This document shows, piece by piece, positions 29,769 to 38,157 of a DNA stretch of 64,000 bases. The position numbers and the translations under genes were made by a program. Origin of the DNA: Anaerolineae bacterium (GTDB lineage Bacteria > Chloroflexota > Anaerolineae > Aggregatilineales > Aggregatilineaceae); NCBI GenBank assembly GCA_023382715.1, contig JAHDWP010000003.1, positions 64,370 through 128,369 on the forward strand. Direction: 5' to 3'. Each line of letters starts with the position of its first letter. The stretch's first letter is position 1. The notes under the pieces were generated by a model, which made no database searches, was not told the DNA's origin, and saw only the letters and a program-made list of their open reading frames with translations.

Positions 29769-32573
29769 TCACTGGTAGCGCAGGATGTCCGACACAGTTT
29801 TGCGCGACGCCGCCACCGACGGCCAGATGCTGGAGATGGTGGCGATGACCAGGATGCCGATCAGCCCCGCCGCGAACATCCACATGGGGTAAGCGAACTC
29901 GATGAACTCGCCGAAGGGCAGCAGGTTGGTCAGGGTATAAGCGAGCAGCACGCTCAGCGGCGCGGCGATCACCCAGGCGATGATGCCCACGATCAACCCT
30001 TCGACCAGGAACTGGACGATGATCTGCCACGATCCGGCGCCCACCGAGCGCATGACGCCGATCTCCTTCTGGCGCTCGAAGACGCTGATCGAGAGCGTAG
30101 TCAGCAGGCCGATGGCCCCCACCGCCGCCATGACCAGCGAGGCTATGTTGAGGATGATGCCGATGCTCAGGATGGCGTTGGACGCCATATCAGCGATCTC
30201 GACCAGGTTGGTGAACGACGAAGTGATTCCGTGCTCGACCAGCACCTCGTTCACGTCCTCGATCACGCGGTCTACGGCGCGGGCGCTCAGCTTGCGCTCG
30301 CGCATGACCAGGGCGAAAGCGTTGGGGATCGGCTCGCCTTCCAGGCTGTCGCCCTCATAGCGGGCCAGGTCTTCCCAGGCCAGGCCCACGATGTCCGCAG
30401 TGCGCAGCGCTTCCGGGTCGTCCAGCCCGTGCTGAGCGGCCAGGTCAATGAGCGCGTCTTTGGGCGCGAAGATGGCGCCGACAATGAATGTCTCGCTCTG
30501 CCCGGCGAAGTCCACCGCCAGCGTATCGCCCACCTGCAGATCCGCGCGCCCGGCCAGCCCCTCGCTGACGATCATCGCCGGCTGCTCCGGCACGGTCATG
30601 AGGAACCTTTTGAAGTCCACCAGGGTGAGGATCTCTTCATTGACGCCCCAGGCGATCACCGCGCCGCCTTCCAGCGCGCCCTCGTAGCCCGGCAGGGTCG
30701 CCTGGGTGAAGTAGGTATTGGGCTTGGGCGCGCCGTGCACATAGCCGGCGAAACGGGCGAGCTGGCGCCACTCCATGAAGCCGATATCGAACGGGAAATT
30801 GGCGATGCCGATGATCTCCGGCTCCAGGTGCTTGCCGCCATTGCTGATCCGCACCGTGTCGCCCACCGTCTTGCCGATCTGTTTGGCGACCTCGCTGGTC
30901 AGCACGATGCCCTCGCGGTCCGGGTCTTGCGCCCAACCATCGCCGGCGATCAGATCGAACGTCATCAGGGGCGCGGTTGTGTCCATGCCGCTGAGGATCA
31001 ACTGGTTGGTGTTGGTAAACTGCGAGACGTACCCTTCCACCTGCACCGAGAGCGCCGTGCCCGGATACACCTTCTCAACCGCCGGCACGTTATCCAGCAC
31101 CAGCGCCTTGAACTCCTCATAGGGCTGACTCTGCGTGGGCTGCACCTGCACTTCAAAGGAGAACGTGTCGAGGATGTCGCTGAGCACCTCGTTGACGCGC
31201 ACGAAAACCGCCGACACGCCCATGAACGCTGTCACTGCCAGGGCGAGCGTGGCGACGGTCAGCGCCAGCCGCGCCTTCTTCTGGTTGATGTTGCTCAGCG
31301 ACTGCTTGATCTGCACGGGCAGCGGCAGAGCGCGAATGAAGCGCGCGATCGGCCCCACCTTGTAGCCGCCGGAGATGCCCAGGTCGGTCATGGCTTCGAG
31401 GATGGTCACCCGCGTGCCGCTGTAGACCGGCAGAGCCGCCGAGACGATAGGCACGCCCAGCCCCAGCACGACGCCGAGCGCAATCGCCGGCGGCGAGACC
31501 TGGAACTCGTTGATCAGCGTCCCGGCGAAGTCGCCGATGATGACCGCCATCTGGTAGCCGAGCGGGATGCCCAGGATGACGCCGGGCACCATGCCCAGCA
31601 GGCCGTAGATGAGCGCGATGCCCGCGTAGATCATGAAGGTCTCGTGGCGCAGCGCGCCGAGCGACTTCATCACGCCAATCTGCCGCTTCTGCTCGACCAC
31701 GATGTTGTTGATCACGTTGATGACCAGAAAGCCCGATACGAGCATGGCCACAATGGCCAGCGCGGCCAGCACTGCCGCGTACTGCTTGGTGGCTTCGATG
31801 GCGCCGTTCTGGGCGGGGTCTTCGGCGAACTGGAAGAAGGTGATGTACGGCGTCTGGTCGGTGATCGCCGCGCCGAACGCTCCGACAGATTGCTCGGCAG
31901 TGGCGTAGTCGGTGAAGCGGGCGCTGATGAAGTTTATCCCGGCGATGCCGGCCATCCGCCGCGCGTCGTCAATGGTGGCGTAAAGCTGCTGGCTGGCTTG
32001 CTGGCTGTAAGCGTCGAAAACCAGCCCGCTCACTGTCCACGACTCGGTGGGCAGGTTCTCGACATCGCTGAGGATGCGCACGTCCAGGGTGTCGCCCACG
32101 CTCAGGTCGAAGTCATCGGCCAGGCGCACCTCGACCATCAGCTCGCGCTGCCCTTCGCGCGGCCAGCGCCCTTCGGCCAGGCGCGGCGGTCCCAACCGGA
32201 TGGCGCCGAACGGCTGGGTATAGGCTTGCACGCGCGCCTCGCGGAAGCGCGTCTCGTCCGGCTGCTTCCAGAACACGGGGTAATTCGCTTGGCCCTCGAC
32301 CACCGTCACGCCGGGCAGCTCGCCCAACATCTCCAGGGTGGCCGCGTCGTCCAGGTCGGCGGGCACATCGCCGGGGATGACGACGAAATTGATCAGCATG
32401 GGCAGCTCGTCCGGGCGGATGTCGGCAGTGAGCTGCTTGACGAGCAGATCGCCGGCGGTGATCAGCGTGACCACGCCCAGCACGCCGATGAAGATGCTGA
32501 CCGCCACCAGCGCCGTGCGGCCCTTGCGCGTGCGGATGTCGCCGATGATTTTGCGCCAGATGGAGTCGTTCAT
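29769..32573 (-). CDS. ABC-type permease with two FtsX/MacB-like domains (no adjacent ATPase)
   Basis: About 934 aa from ATG 32573 (MNDSIWRKIIGDI...). Two four-TM FtsX modules, each preceded by a large extracytoplasmic domain. Confidence 0.85.
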   Translation of the reverse strand: MNDSIWRKIIGDIRTRKGRTALVAVSIFIGVLGVVTLITAGDLLVKQLTADIRPDELPMLINFVVIPGDVPADLDDAATLEMLGELPGVTVVEGQANYPVFWKQPDETRFREARVQAYTQPFGAIRLGPPRLAEGRWPREGQRELMVEVRLADDFDLSVGDTLDVRILSDVENLPTESWTVSGLVFDAYSQQASQQLYATIDDARRMAGIAGINFISARFTDYATAEQSVGAFGAAITDQTPYITFFQFAEDPAQNGAIEATKQYAAVLAALAIVAMLVSGFLVINVINNIVVEQKRQIGVMKSLGALRHETFMIYAGIALIYGLLGMVPGVILGIPLGYQMAVIIGDFAGTLINEFQVSPPAIALGVVLGLGVPIVSAALPVYSGTRVTILEAMTDLGISGGYKVGPIARFIRALPLPVQIKQSLSNINQKKARLALTVATLALAVTAFMGVSAVFVRVNEVLSDILDTFSFEVQVQPTQSQPYEEFKALVLDNVPAVEKVYPGTALSVQVEGYVSQFTNTNQLILSGMDTTAPLMTFDLIAGDGWAQDPDREGIVLTSEVAKQIGKTVGDTVRISNGGKHLEPEIIGIANFPFDIGFMEWRQLARFAGYVHGAPKPNTYFTQATLPGYEGALEGGAVIAWGVNEEILTLVDFKRFLMTVPEQPAMIVSEGLAGRADLQVGDTLAVDFAGQSETFIVGAIFAPKDALIDLAAQHGLDDPEALRTADIVGLAWEDLARYEGDSLEGEPIPNAFALVMRERKLSARAVDRVIEDVNEVLVEHGITSSFTNLVEIADMASNAILSIGIILNIASLVMAAVGAIGLLTTLSISVFERQKEIGVMRSVGAGSWQIIVQFLVEGLIVGIIAWVIAAPLSVLLAYTLTNLLPFGEFIEFAYPMWMFAAGLIGILVIATISSIWPSVAASRKTVSDILRYQ

Positions 32574-32736
32574 GGTGGTGTTCCTGTTCCCGCGCCCGCA
32601 TTCTGAGTCCAACTGCGCTGTCGGCGGGGAGTAGTTGCGGGAGCAGCAGCGAGCGCGCGGTAATCATACTGCGGGCGAAGGCGCGTGCCAAACGGGATTT
32701 GCGAGGGAGTGCGCGGCAGGGGCGTGTACAAAAACA

Positions 32737-32768
32737 GACTTCCGAAGTTTTCGAAAACTTCGGAAGTC
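32737..32768. repeat. family A palindromic repeat, 32-nt perfect palindrome
   Basis: GACTTCCGAAGTTTTCGAAAACTTCGGAAGTC, identical to 62273-62304. Preceded by a degenerate family D piece (GGGGCGTGTACAAAAACA). Confidence 0.92.
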
Positions 32769-32852
32769 TCTGGCCGTGCGACCCGCAGCAGACAACGCTC
32801 CCCCACTGCCTAACCGCAACCGGAGGCCCCCCACTATCTCAAGTTCGCCTAG

Positions 32853-32861
32853 TGTTATAGT
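32853..32861 (+). promoter_or_regulatory. extended -10 element TGTTATAGT (plus strand) inside an 8-bp inverted repeat
   Basis: Sits at the left edge of the low-GC islet, 15 nt before ATG 32876. Confidence 0.35.
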
Positions 32862-32917
32862 GCGGGCTTAACACTATGTTCATTTGCTTGGGACCACCAT
32901 CAACAAGAAGCAGGCTC

Positions 32918-33162
32918 ATGAACCGTTTTCCCCTCTTAACGACGTACTATTCTTTGCTTATCGTTCTCGCGATTTTGGTCCTGGTTGGCGGGCTTTTTGT
33001 AGCTTATGATGTGGCCACACCGAGACGTTGCTCGGGGAAACTGAATTCAAGTTTGGCACATTCTTGGGCACTTTCTTGGGGTTTGGTGCCATAGCTTTCG
33101 GACTCGCCGTCTTAGCGGAAGTCATCTGCCTGTTCCTGGCAGTGGGTACAGGTAGAGCATAA
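32918..33162 (+). pseudogene. small hydrophobic ORFs, possibly one frameshifted two-TM protein gene
   Basis: MNRFPLLTTYYSLLIVLAILVLVGGLFVAYDV (frame 1) and, in the -1 frame from about 33010, ...FGTFLGTFLGFGAIAFGLAVLAEVICLFLAVGTGRA ending at 33162. Local GC is visibly lower than the surroundings. Confidence 0.25.
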
Positions 33163-33227
33163 ACTCGAAGCCTGGGTAGAAGCCTCTGATCGGTCCATCG
33201 AAGGAGATATCTCGACATTGCCGGTCA

Positions 33228-33236
33228 GGTATAGCA
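33228..33236 (-). promoter_or_regulatory. extended -10 element TGCTATACC (minus strand) pointing into the islet
   Basis: Reverse complement of ggtatagca. Convergent with the plus-strand element at 32853-32861. Confidence 0.3.
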
Positions 33237-33291
33237 GCCAGGACTGAGCGCAGCCCTGTTGCCTCAGCCCATCATCCCGGCCACCGCCCGT

Positions 33292-33341
33292 GCCAGCGCC
33301 GAGCGGGGGTGAGATCAACCAGGCGCAGCAGCGCAGCGCCC
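33292..33341. repeat. family B right-half plus family E composite
   Basis: GCCAGCGCCGAGCGGGGGTGAGATCAACCAGGCGCAGCAGCGCAGCGCCC parallels 27475-27516. Confidence 0.7.
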
Positions 33342-33371
33342 ACCCGACGCCGGACGCCGGAGCAGGGGATC

Positions 33372-33444
33372 ACCGCCGAGGCGCAGAGAGCGCAGAGGAA
33401 AACACCTGATACGGTCTTCTCTGTGTCCTCTGCGCCTCGGCGGT
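33372..33444. repeat. family C long hairpin repeat
   Basis: ACCGCCGAGGCGCAGAGAGCGCAGAGG...CTCTGTGTCCTCTGCGCCTCGGCGGT. Same arm core as 29650-29719. Confidence 0.88.
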
Positions 33445-33492
33445 TCCCGAATTCTGCATCCCAGGCCGGGTCCCCGCCCTTGCAAGCGGCTT

Positions 33493-34356
33493 TTAATCTG
33501 TTCTCGCCCTGGAACGGCCTGCCCTGGCAGCGCGCGCAGCCGAGCGGGGCAGCGAAGTCTTGCGCACGATCGGGCGCACGCTGAGCACCGTCATGCCGCG
33601 GATGTTCAGGCCGATAATCTGCGTGATCAACTGGCGTGCCGCGCGTTGCCCCTGCTCCACCACATTCGCCGCGACCGTGGTCAGGCCCGCCGCCTTGGCC
33701 TCTGGCGCGTCGCCAAACCCCACCACCGAGACATCACCCGGCACGGCATACCCGGCATCGCGCAACGTCTCAGCGGCGGCGATCCCCATCAGATAATCGG
33801 TCGCCAGCACCGCGTCAAACGGCACCTTCTGCGCGATCAAGCGCTTCATGGACTCAGTGGCCGTGGTCACTGAGAAATCGCCCTGCACCCGGAGCTCTGC
33901 TGGCACCGTCAGGTTGTAACGTAGTATCTCGCGGTCGAAGGCAGCTTCGCGCTTGCTGCTGTCCCACTGGCCGGGCACGCCGCGGATGAACACGGGCCGC
34001 CGCCGTCCGCAGTCCACCACCAGGTGCCGCATCAGTTCCGCAATGCCCTGGTCGTTGTCAACCATCACGGCGGGCGCAGGCAGATCGGGCACGTAGTGGC
34101 TGACGAGCGACAGTGGCTTGTTTGCCTCAAGGATGGCGCGCAGCAGATCGGGCGGCGCGGCGTTGGCGATGACGCATACGCCATCCAGCGCGCGGTAATC
34201 GAGCGTGATCGGCTGGGGATGCGCCTCGTCTTCCGCGTATGAGGCGATCACCAGCTCATAACCGCGCTCGTGCGCCTCCTGGCGAATGCCCTCGATCACG
34301 TTACGCTGGAAGACCTGATGCTGATTGTTGGTGATAATCCCTAGCCGTCCGCTCAT
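33493..34356 (-). CDS. LacI/GalR-type ligand-binding core protein lacking the helix-turn-helix
   Basis: ATG 34356 overlaps the ROK stop (ATGA). Sequence starts at the periplasmic-binding-fold core (LGIITNNQHQVFQRNVIEGIRQEAHERGYELVI...DAVLATDYLMGIAAAETLRDAGYAVPGDVSVVGFGD). No signal peptide and no HTH. Confidence 0.75.
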   Translation of the reverse strand: MSGRLGIITNNQHQVFQRNVIEGIRQEAHERGYELVIASYAEDEAHPQPITLDYRALDGVCVIANAAPPDLLRAILEANKPLSLVSHYVPDLPAPAVMVDNDQGIAELMRHLVVDCGRRRPVFIRGVPGQWDSSKREAAFDREILRYNLTVPAELRVQGDFSVTTATESMKRLIAQKVPFDAVLATDYLMGIAAAETLRDAGYAVPGDVSVVGFGDAPEAKAAGLTTVAANVVEQGQRAARQLITQIIGLNIRGMTVLSVRPIVRKTSLPRSAARAARAGRSRARTD

Positions 34357-35537
34357 ACCAGCCCCAACTCCAGGTGCAGCGCGTGCGCGATGGCGCCCAC
34401 CGTCACCAGGCTCGACGCCTCGCTCACCGAGAAACTCGTCGTCAGCTCGGTTTGGACCAGATCGCGCACGCGCGCGATGGTGGCCACCAGCAGCGGCTCG
34501 CCCATCTCGGCGATCGGCCCGGCGAGACTGATGTGGTCCGGCGCGAGCAGCGCGATGATCCACGCGAAGATCTGCGCCAGATGCCGGCTTAACTCGTCTT
34601 GCAGGATCAGCGCTGCGGGGTCGCCGTTGGCGATGGCCTGGCGCAGATGCAGATAAGTCAGCGGATCGTCGGGGCCGGGCAGCGTGCTCGCCGAGTGCTC
34701 GGCCCGCAATTGTTCGGCGCGCTGGCGCACGTATGGCCAGCCCAGGAAAGTTTCGAGCGGCCCTATATCGTGATAAGTGGCCGATCTGGCGTCGAGCGAC
34801 GTGATCCTCAGGGCGCCGATCTCGCCCCCGCCGTGATAGATCGCGCCATCAATGACCAGCCCGACTCCCACACCTGTGCCGACGCGCACGGTGGCGAAGC
34901 TGCGCACGGCGCCGGCCAGCCCGTAGACGAACTGGGCCATCGCCACCAGCGCCGTGCTGTTGGCCAGGTAGACCGGGCGCTCGAAAGTGCGCCCCAGCCA
35001 TTCCCCCAACGGCATCCCGTTCCACCCGAGGTGCGGCGTGTAAATCACCCGGCCACGCGCGGCGTCAACCACGCCGGGGATGCCGATCCCAATGCACAGC
35101 AGCGGCGCGTCGAGCTGGGCAAGCAGGCCGTTGATCGTCTCCGCCACCAGCAACACCGCATCCTGACGGCGCGCGCCATTAAGCTCGGTGTAGTGCTGCG
35201 CCACGACGCGCCCGTCGAGGTAGGCCAGCGCGCCGGAGATGTACTGATCGTTGACGTAGACGCCGATGGCGTGACGCGCGGTCGGGACGAATCTGAGCAG
35301 GCGCGGGCGTTTGCCGCCGCCCCTGGTGGACTGGCCGTGCCCTTCTTCGACCAGCAGCCCTTCGTCAATCAGCTCGCCGATCACCTCGGAGACGGTGGGC
35401 TTGGCCAACTGCGTTTCCTGCGCCAGCGCAGCGCGATTATCCGCCACGCCGTCATAGATCGCCCGCAGGAGCAACCGCCGGTTGTGGGCGCGCAACTGGC
35501 TGTGAGTCGCTTTGTTGGCTGTGTTATGCGCTCTCAT
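34353..35537 (-). CDS. ROK-family transcriptional regulator, divergent (no Cys-rich zinc motif)
   Basis: N-terminal winged-helix region (NRRLLLRAIYDG...LAKPTVSEVIGELIDEGLL) and ROK glycine motif GTGVGVGLVIDG. Only one Cys in 394 aa. Confidence 0.8.
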   Translation of the reverse strand: MRAHNTANKATHSQLRAHNRRLLLRAIYDGVADNRAALAQETQLAKPTVSEVIGELIDEGLLVEEGHGQSTRGGGKRPRLLRFVPTARHAIGVYVNDQYISGALAYLDGRVVAQHYTELNGARRQDAVLLVAETINGLLAQLDAPLLCIGIGIPGVVDAARGRVIYTPHLGWNGMPLGEWLGRTFERPVYLANSTALVAMAQFVYGLAGAVRSFATVRVGTGVGVGLVIDGAIYHGGGEIGALRITSLDARSATYHDIGPLETFLGWPYVRQRAEQLRAEHSASTLPGPDDPLTYLHLRQAIANGDPAALILQDELSRHLAQIFAWIIALLAPDHISLAGPIAEMGEPLLVATIARVRDLVQTELTTSFSVSEASSLVTVGAIAHALHLELGLV

Positions 35538-36580
35538 AGATCACACTTATCGAGACGGACCTCACGCAGTACATCCCAGATGGCCGGGTCCTCGCCCCCC
35601 AGCCCCCAGATGGCGACCCCGCCGAGATCCGGATAGGCCGCCAGCAACAGCTCCAGCTTGAAAGCCAACCCGACGGCATCTGCCACGACGATCGTCTGTT
35701 TGGGCAGGCCGCGCACATCAATCTCGAGGCGGGCTTCCATGTCGGCAGGGTCGCGCTCAAACGCGAGATGGAACGAGTCGGCAGCGCGCTGCGCGCTCTC
35801 CCAGGTTATCACGCTGGCGCGGCGGCGCTGCCAGTGATAGCCGTAGAAATGCAGCCCCAGCCGCACTTTGCCCAGATCGGTCACAGCAGCGGCATAGGCC
35901 AGCACTTCCCCAGCCCAGGCGGGCGGCCCGATCGGGCCTGGCTCGCGGCTGGCGCGGCTGGTGTAATCATACGTCATAATGCGGAAAATATCTGCTGCGG
36001 CAGCCAGGCGCGGCCAGTCCTGGGCCGCAGCCGCCTCCCACCCGGCCTGATCGCTCGTCTTGGGATGCACCGTCACCGAGAGCAGGCGCCCATCGGCGTG
36101 CAACCGCGCTGCCAGCGTCTCCACAAACTCGGAGAAGGCGTCGCGCGTCGAGAGCGGGAAACCTTCGTAGTCGAGATCAAGCCCGGCGTAATCCATCCGC
36201 TGGACCAGGCTGAGCAGCGCCGCGAGATGCTGCGCGCGCGTCTTGGGGTCGCTGATGGCGAACGGTGAGGCATGCGCGATGGCGGGCAGCACCAGCAGGC
36301 CCGCCTCGCGCCACGCCGCGAGCTGCCCGGCGTCTTCGGCGCCGTTCATCGGTGACAGCGATCCGTCGGCGTTGGCCGCGTACCAGAACGGGTTAACTTC
36401 GTCCACGATGTCAAGATGATCCATCAGCGACCGATAGCCGCCGAGATGCTCAGCCGAAGGATACCACGCCGAGACACACCAGCTTCGCGCCGGCGCGGCG
36501 TCCTGAGCATGCGCCGAAAGCAGCGGCAGCAGCAGCGCCGCGAGCATGAGAAAGCCGACCCCTCGTTCCATCTCGCCCAC
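35534..36580 (-). CDS. secreted glycoside hydrolase family 18-like protein
   Basis: Signal peptide and YAGLDLDYEGF, matching the GH18 DxxDxDxE catalytic motif. Stop overlaps the ROK start (ATGA). Confidence 0.75.
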   Translation of the reverse strand: MGEMERGVGFLMLAALLLPLLSAHAQDAAPARSWCVSAWYPSAEHLGGYRSLMDHLDIVDEVNPFWYAANADGSLSPMNGAEDAGQLAAWREAGLLVLPAIAHASPFAISDPKTRAQHLAALLSLVQRMDYAGLDLDYEGFPLSTRDAFSEFVETLAARLHADGRLLSVTVHPKTSDQAGWEAAAAQDWPRLAAAADIFRIMTYDYTSRASREPGPIGPPAWAGEVLAYAAAVTDLGKVRLGLHFYGYHWQRRRASVITWESAQRAADSFHLAFERDPADMEARLEIDVRGLPKQTIVVADAVGLAFKLELLLAAYPDLGGVAIWGLGGEDPAIWDVLREVRLDKCDL

Positions 36581-36644
36581 TCCATTGCAAAATGAGCGGG
36601 AATGCCCCGCTCATCGTACACGTATCTGCCATGCCCGCCAGGCG

Positions 36645-38150
36645 CTAGACGGCTTCCAGCGAGCAGGGCAGCACGCCCCTTGCTTCGATCTCGCCAAAGA
36701 GCACGCGCGCGACGGCTTCGGTCGTCACCGGGCGGATGCCATAGGCGCAGAGATACGTATCAATCATCGGGAAGGCGCTCAGATCATAGGGGGTGCGCAG
36801 CGCCACCACGATCAGCCGCTGACCGCGCGCGTGCAGCGCCTGCACCAGCTCCGCCTGCCGCGCGTCCTGGTTGGCGGCCAGCGTGCCGACCACGACAATA
36901 TCTGCCCCGGCTGTCGCCTGCAAGATGGCACGCAGGGCTTCGTCAGATACGTGATGGGGCAGCTCAAACAACTGAGTGCGCGGGTGTCGCTTGCGGAGCG
37001 CCTCTGCCAGGGCAATGCGCACGCTGGACGAGGTATCCGCAGGCGTCAGATCGTGCGCTTCGGGCGTGATCACGGCGATGGTCTGCTCTGGCGCGGGCCG
37101 CAGCGGCAGGTTGGCCCCGCCGCGAACGAGGGTGATGGACCGGTCGGCAATTGTCTGCGCGATCTGCTGGTGCTCAGCCGAGCCGACCACATCCAGCGAA
37201 GGCAGCGCCCGCGGGGCGGCGGCGCGCAGGCGCTCAATGCGATGCAGGGCGGCAGGGCGAGCGCAGTGGCCCACGCACTGGTTAAGCGCAAGCTGATCGG
37301 GCAGATGAGCCAGCAGGACAAGGTCCGCCCCGGCCTCCAGCGCCATACGGACGCTGCGCTCGGCGCCCAGGCGCGCGACAGGATACATATCCATCGCGTC
37401 GGTGATGATCAGGCCCTCGTAGCCCATCTCCCGCCGCAGAAAGCCGTCGAGAATCGCGGGCGATACGGTCGCCGGACGCTCAGCGTCCAGGGCCGAGAAG
37501 ATGACGTGCGTCGTCATGATCGCCGCCACGCCCGCCGCCATCGCCGCGCGAAACGGCACCAGTTCCACCGCATTCATCCGCTCCAGGCCGTGCGATACCA
37601 CCGCGGCGATGTGGTGCGTGTCGCTCTCGGTCCCGCCGTGACCGGGGAAGTGCTTGGCCGAAGCGAAGATGCCCTCGGCCTGCATCCCGCGGATCATCGC
37701 AGCGCCTAGCTCGGCCACCAGCGCCGGGTCGGCGCCGAACGAGCGCACGCCGACGGCCTGGCTGACTGAGCTGAGGTTGACGTCAACAGAGGGCGCAAAA
37801 TTCATATTGACGCCCAGCGCCAGCAGCTCGCGCCCCAACACGCGCCCCGCCTGCTCCGCCAGCTCCGGCGAGCGCGTGGCGCCCAGCGCCATGTTGCCCG
37901 GCAGCTCGGTCGCCCCAGCATCAATCGCGATCAACTGCCCGCCTTCCTGGTCAATCCCCAGCAGCGGGGGCAGCTGCCCGCCCTGCTGCGCCGCGTGATA
38001 GATCGACTCGGTCAGCTCGCGCAATTGGGCGGGGCGCTCGAAGTTCCAGTGGCGAAACAGGCAGAAGGAACTGATCGCGCCCTGTTCTACCGCAGCCAGC
38101 ACGTCGCGCGGCGCCGCGCGCCCCTCAAAGCTGTGCATCAACTGCTGCAT
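36645..38150 (-). CDS. glycoside hydrolase family 3, beta-N-acetylhexosaminidase (NagZ-like) with C-terminal domain
   Basis: GIDQEGG, KHFPGHGGTESDTH and ITDAMDM motifs. Confidence 0.85.
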   Translation of the reverse strand: MQQLMHSFEGRAAPRDVLAAVEQGAISSFCLFRHWNFERPAQLRELTESIYHAAQQGGQLPPLLGIDQEGGQLIAIDAGATELPGNMALGATRSPELAEQAGRVLGRELLALGVNMNFAPSVDVNLSSVSQAVGVRSFGADPALVAELGAAMIRGMQAEGIFASAKHFPGHGGTESDTHHIAAVVSHGLERMNAVELVPFRAAMAAGVAAIMTTHVIFSALDAERPATVSPAILDGFLRREMGYEGLIITDAMDMYPVARLGAERSVRMALEAGADLVLLAHLPDQLALNQCVGHCARPAALHRIERLRAAAPRALPSLDVVGSAEHQQIAQTIADRSITLVRGGANLPLRPAPEQTIAVITPEAHDLTPADTSSSVRIALAEALRKRHPRTQLFELPHHVSDEALRAILQATAGADIVVVGTLAANQDARQAELVQALHARGQRLIVVALRTPYDLSAFPMIDTYLCAYGIRPVTTEAVARVLFGEIEARGVLPCSLEAV

Positions 38151-38157
38151 CGTCTCG

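Noticed and set aside
32958-33218. 86-aa minus-strand ORF in the low-GC islet as a real protein
   Set aside because: Lys/Pro/Asn/Arg-rich low-complexity sequence, typical of reading the A-rich strand of AT-richer DNA. The minus-strand promoter is more plausibly driving a non-coding antisense RNA.
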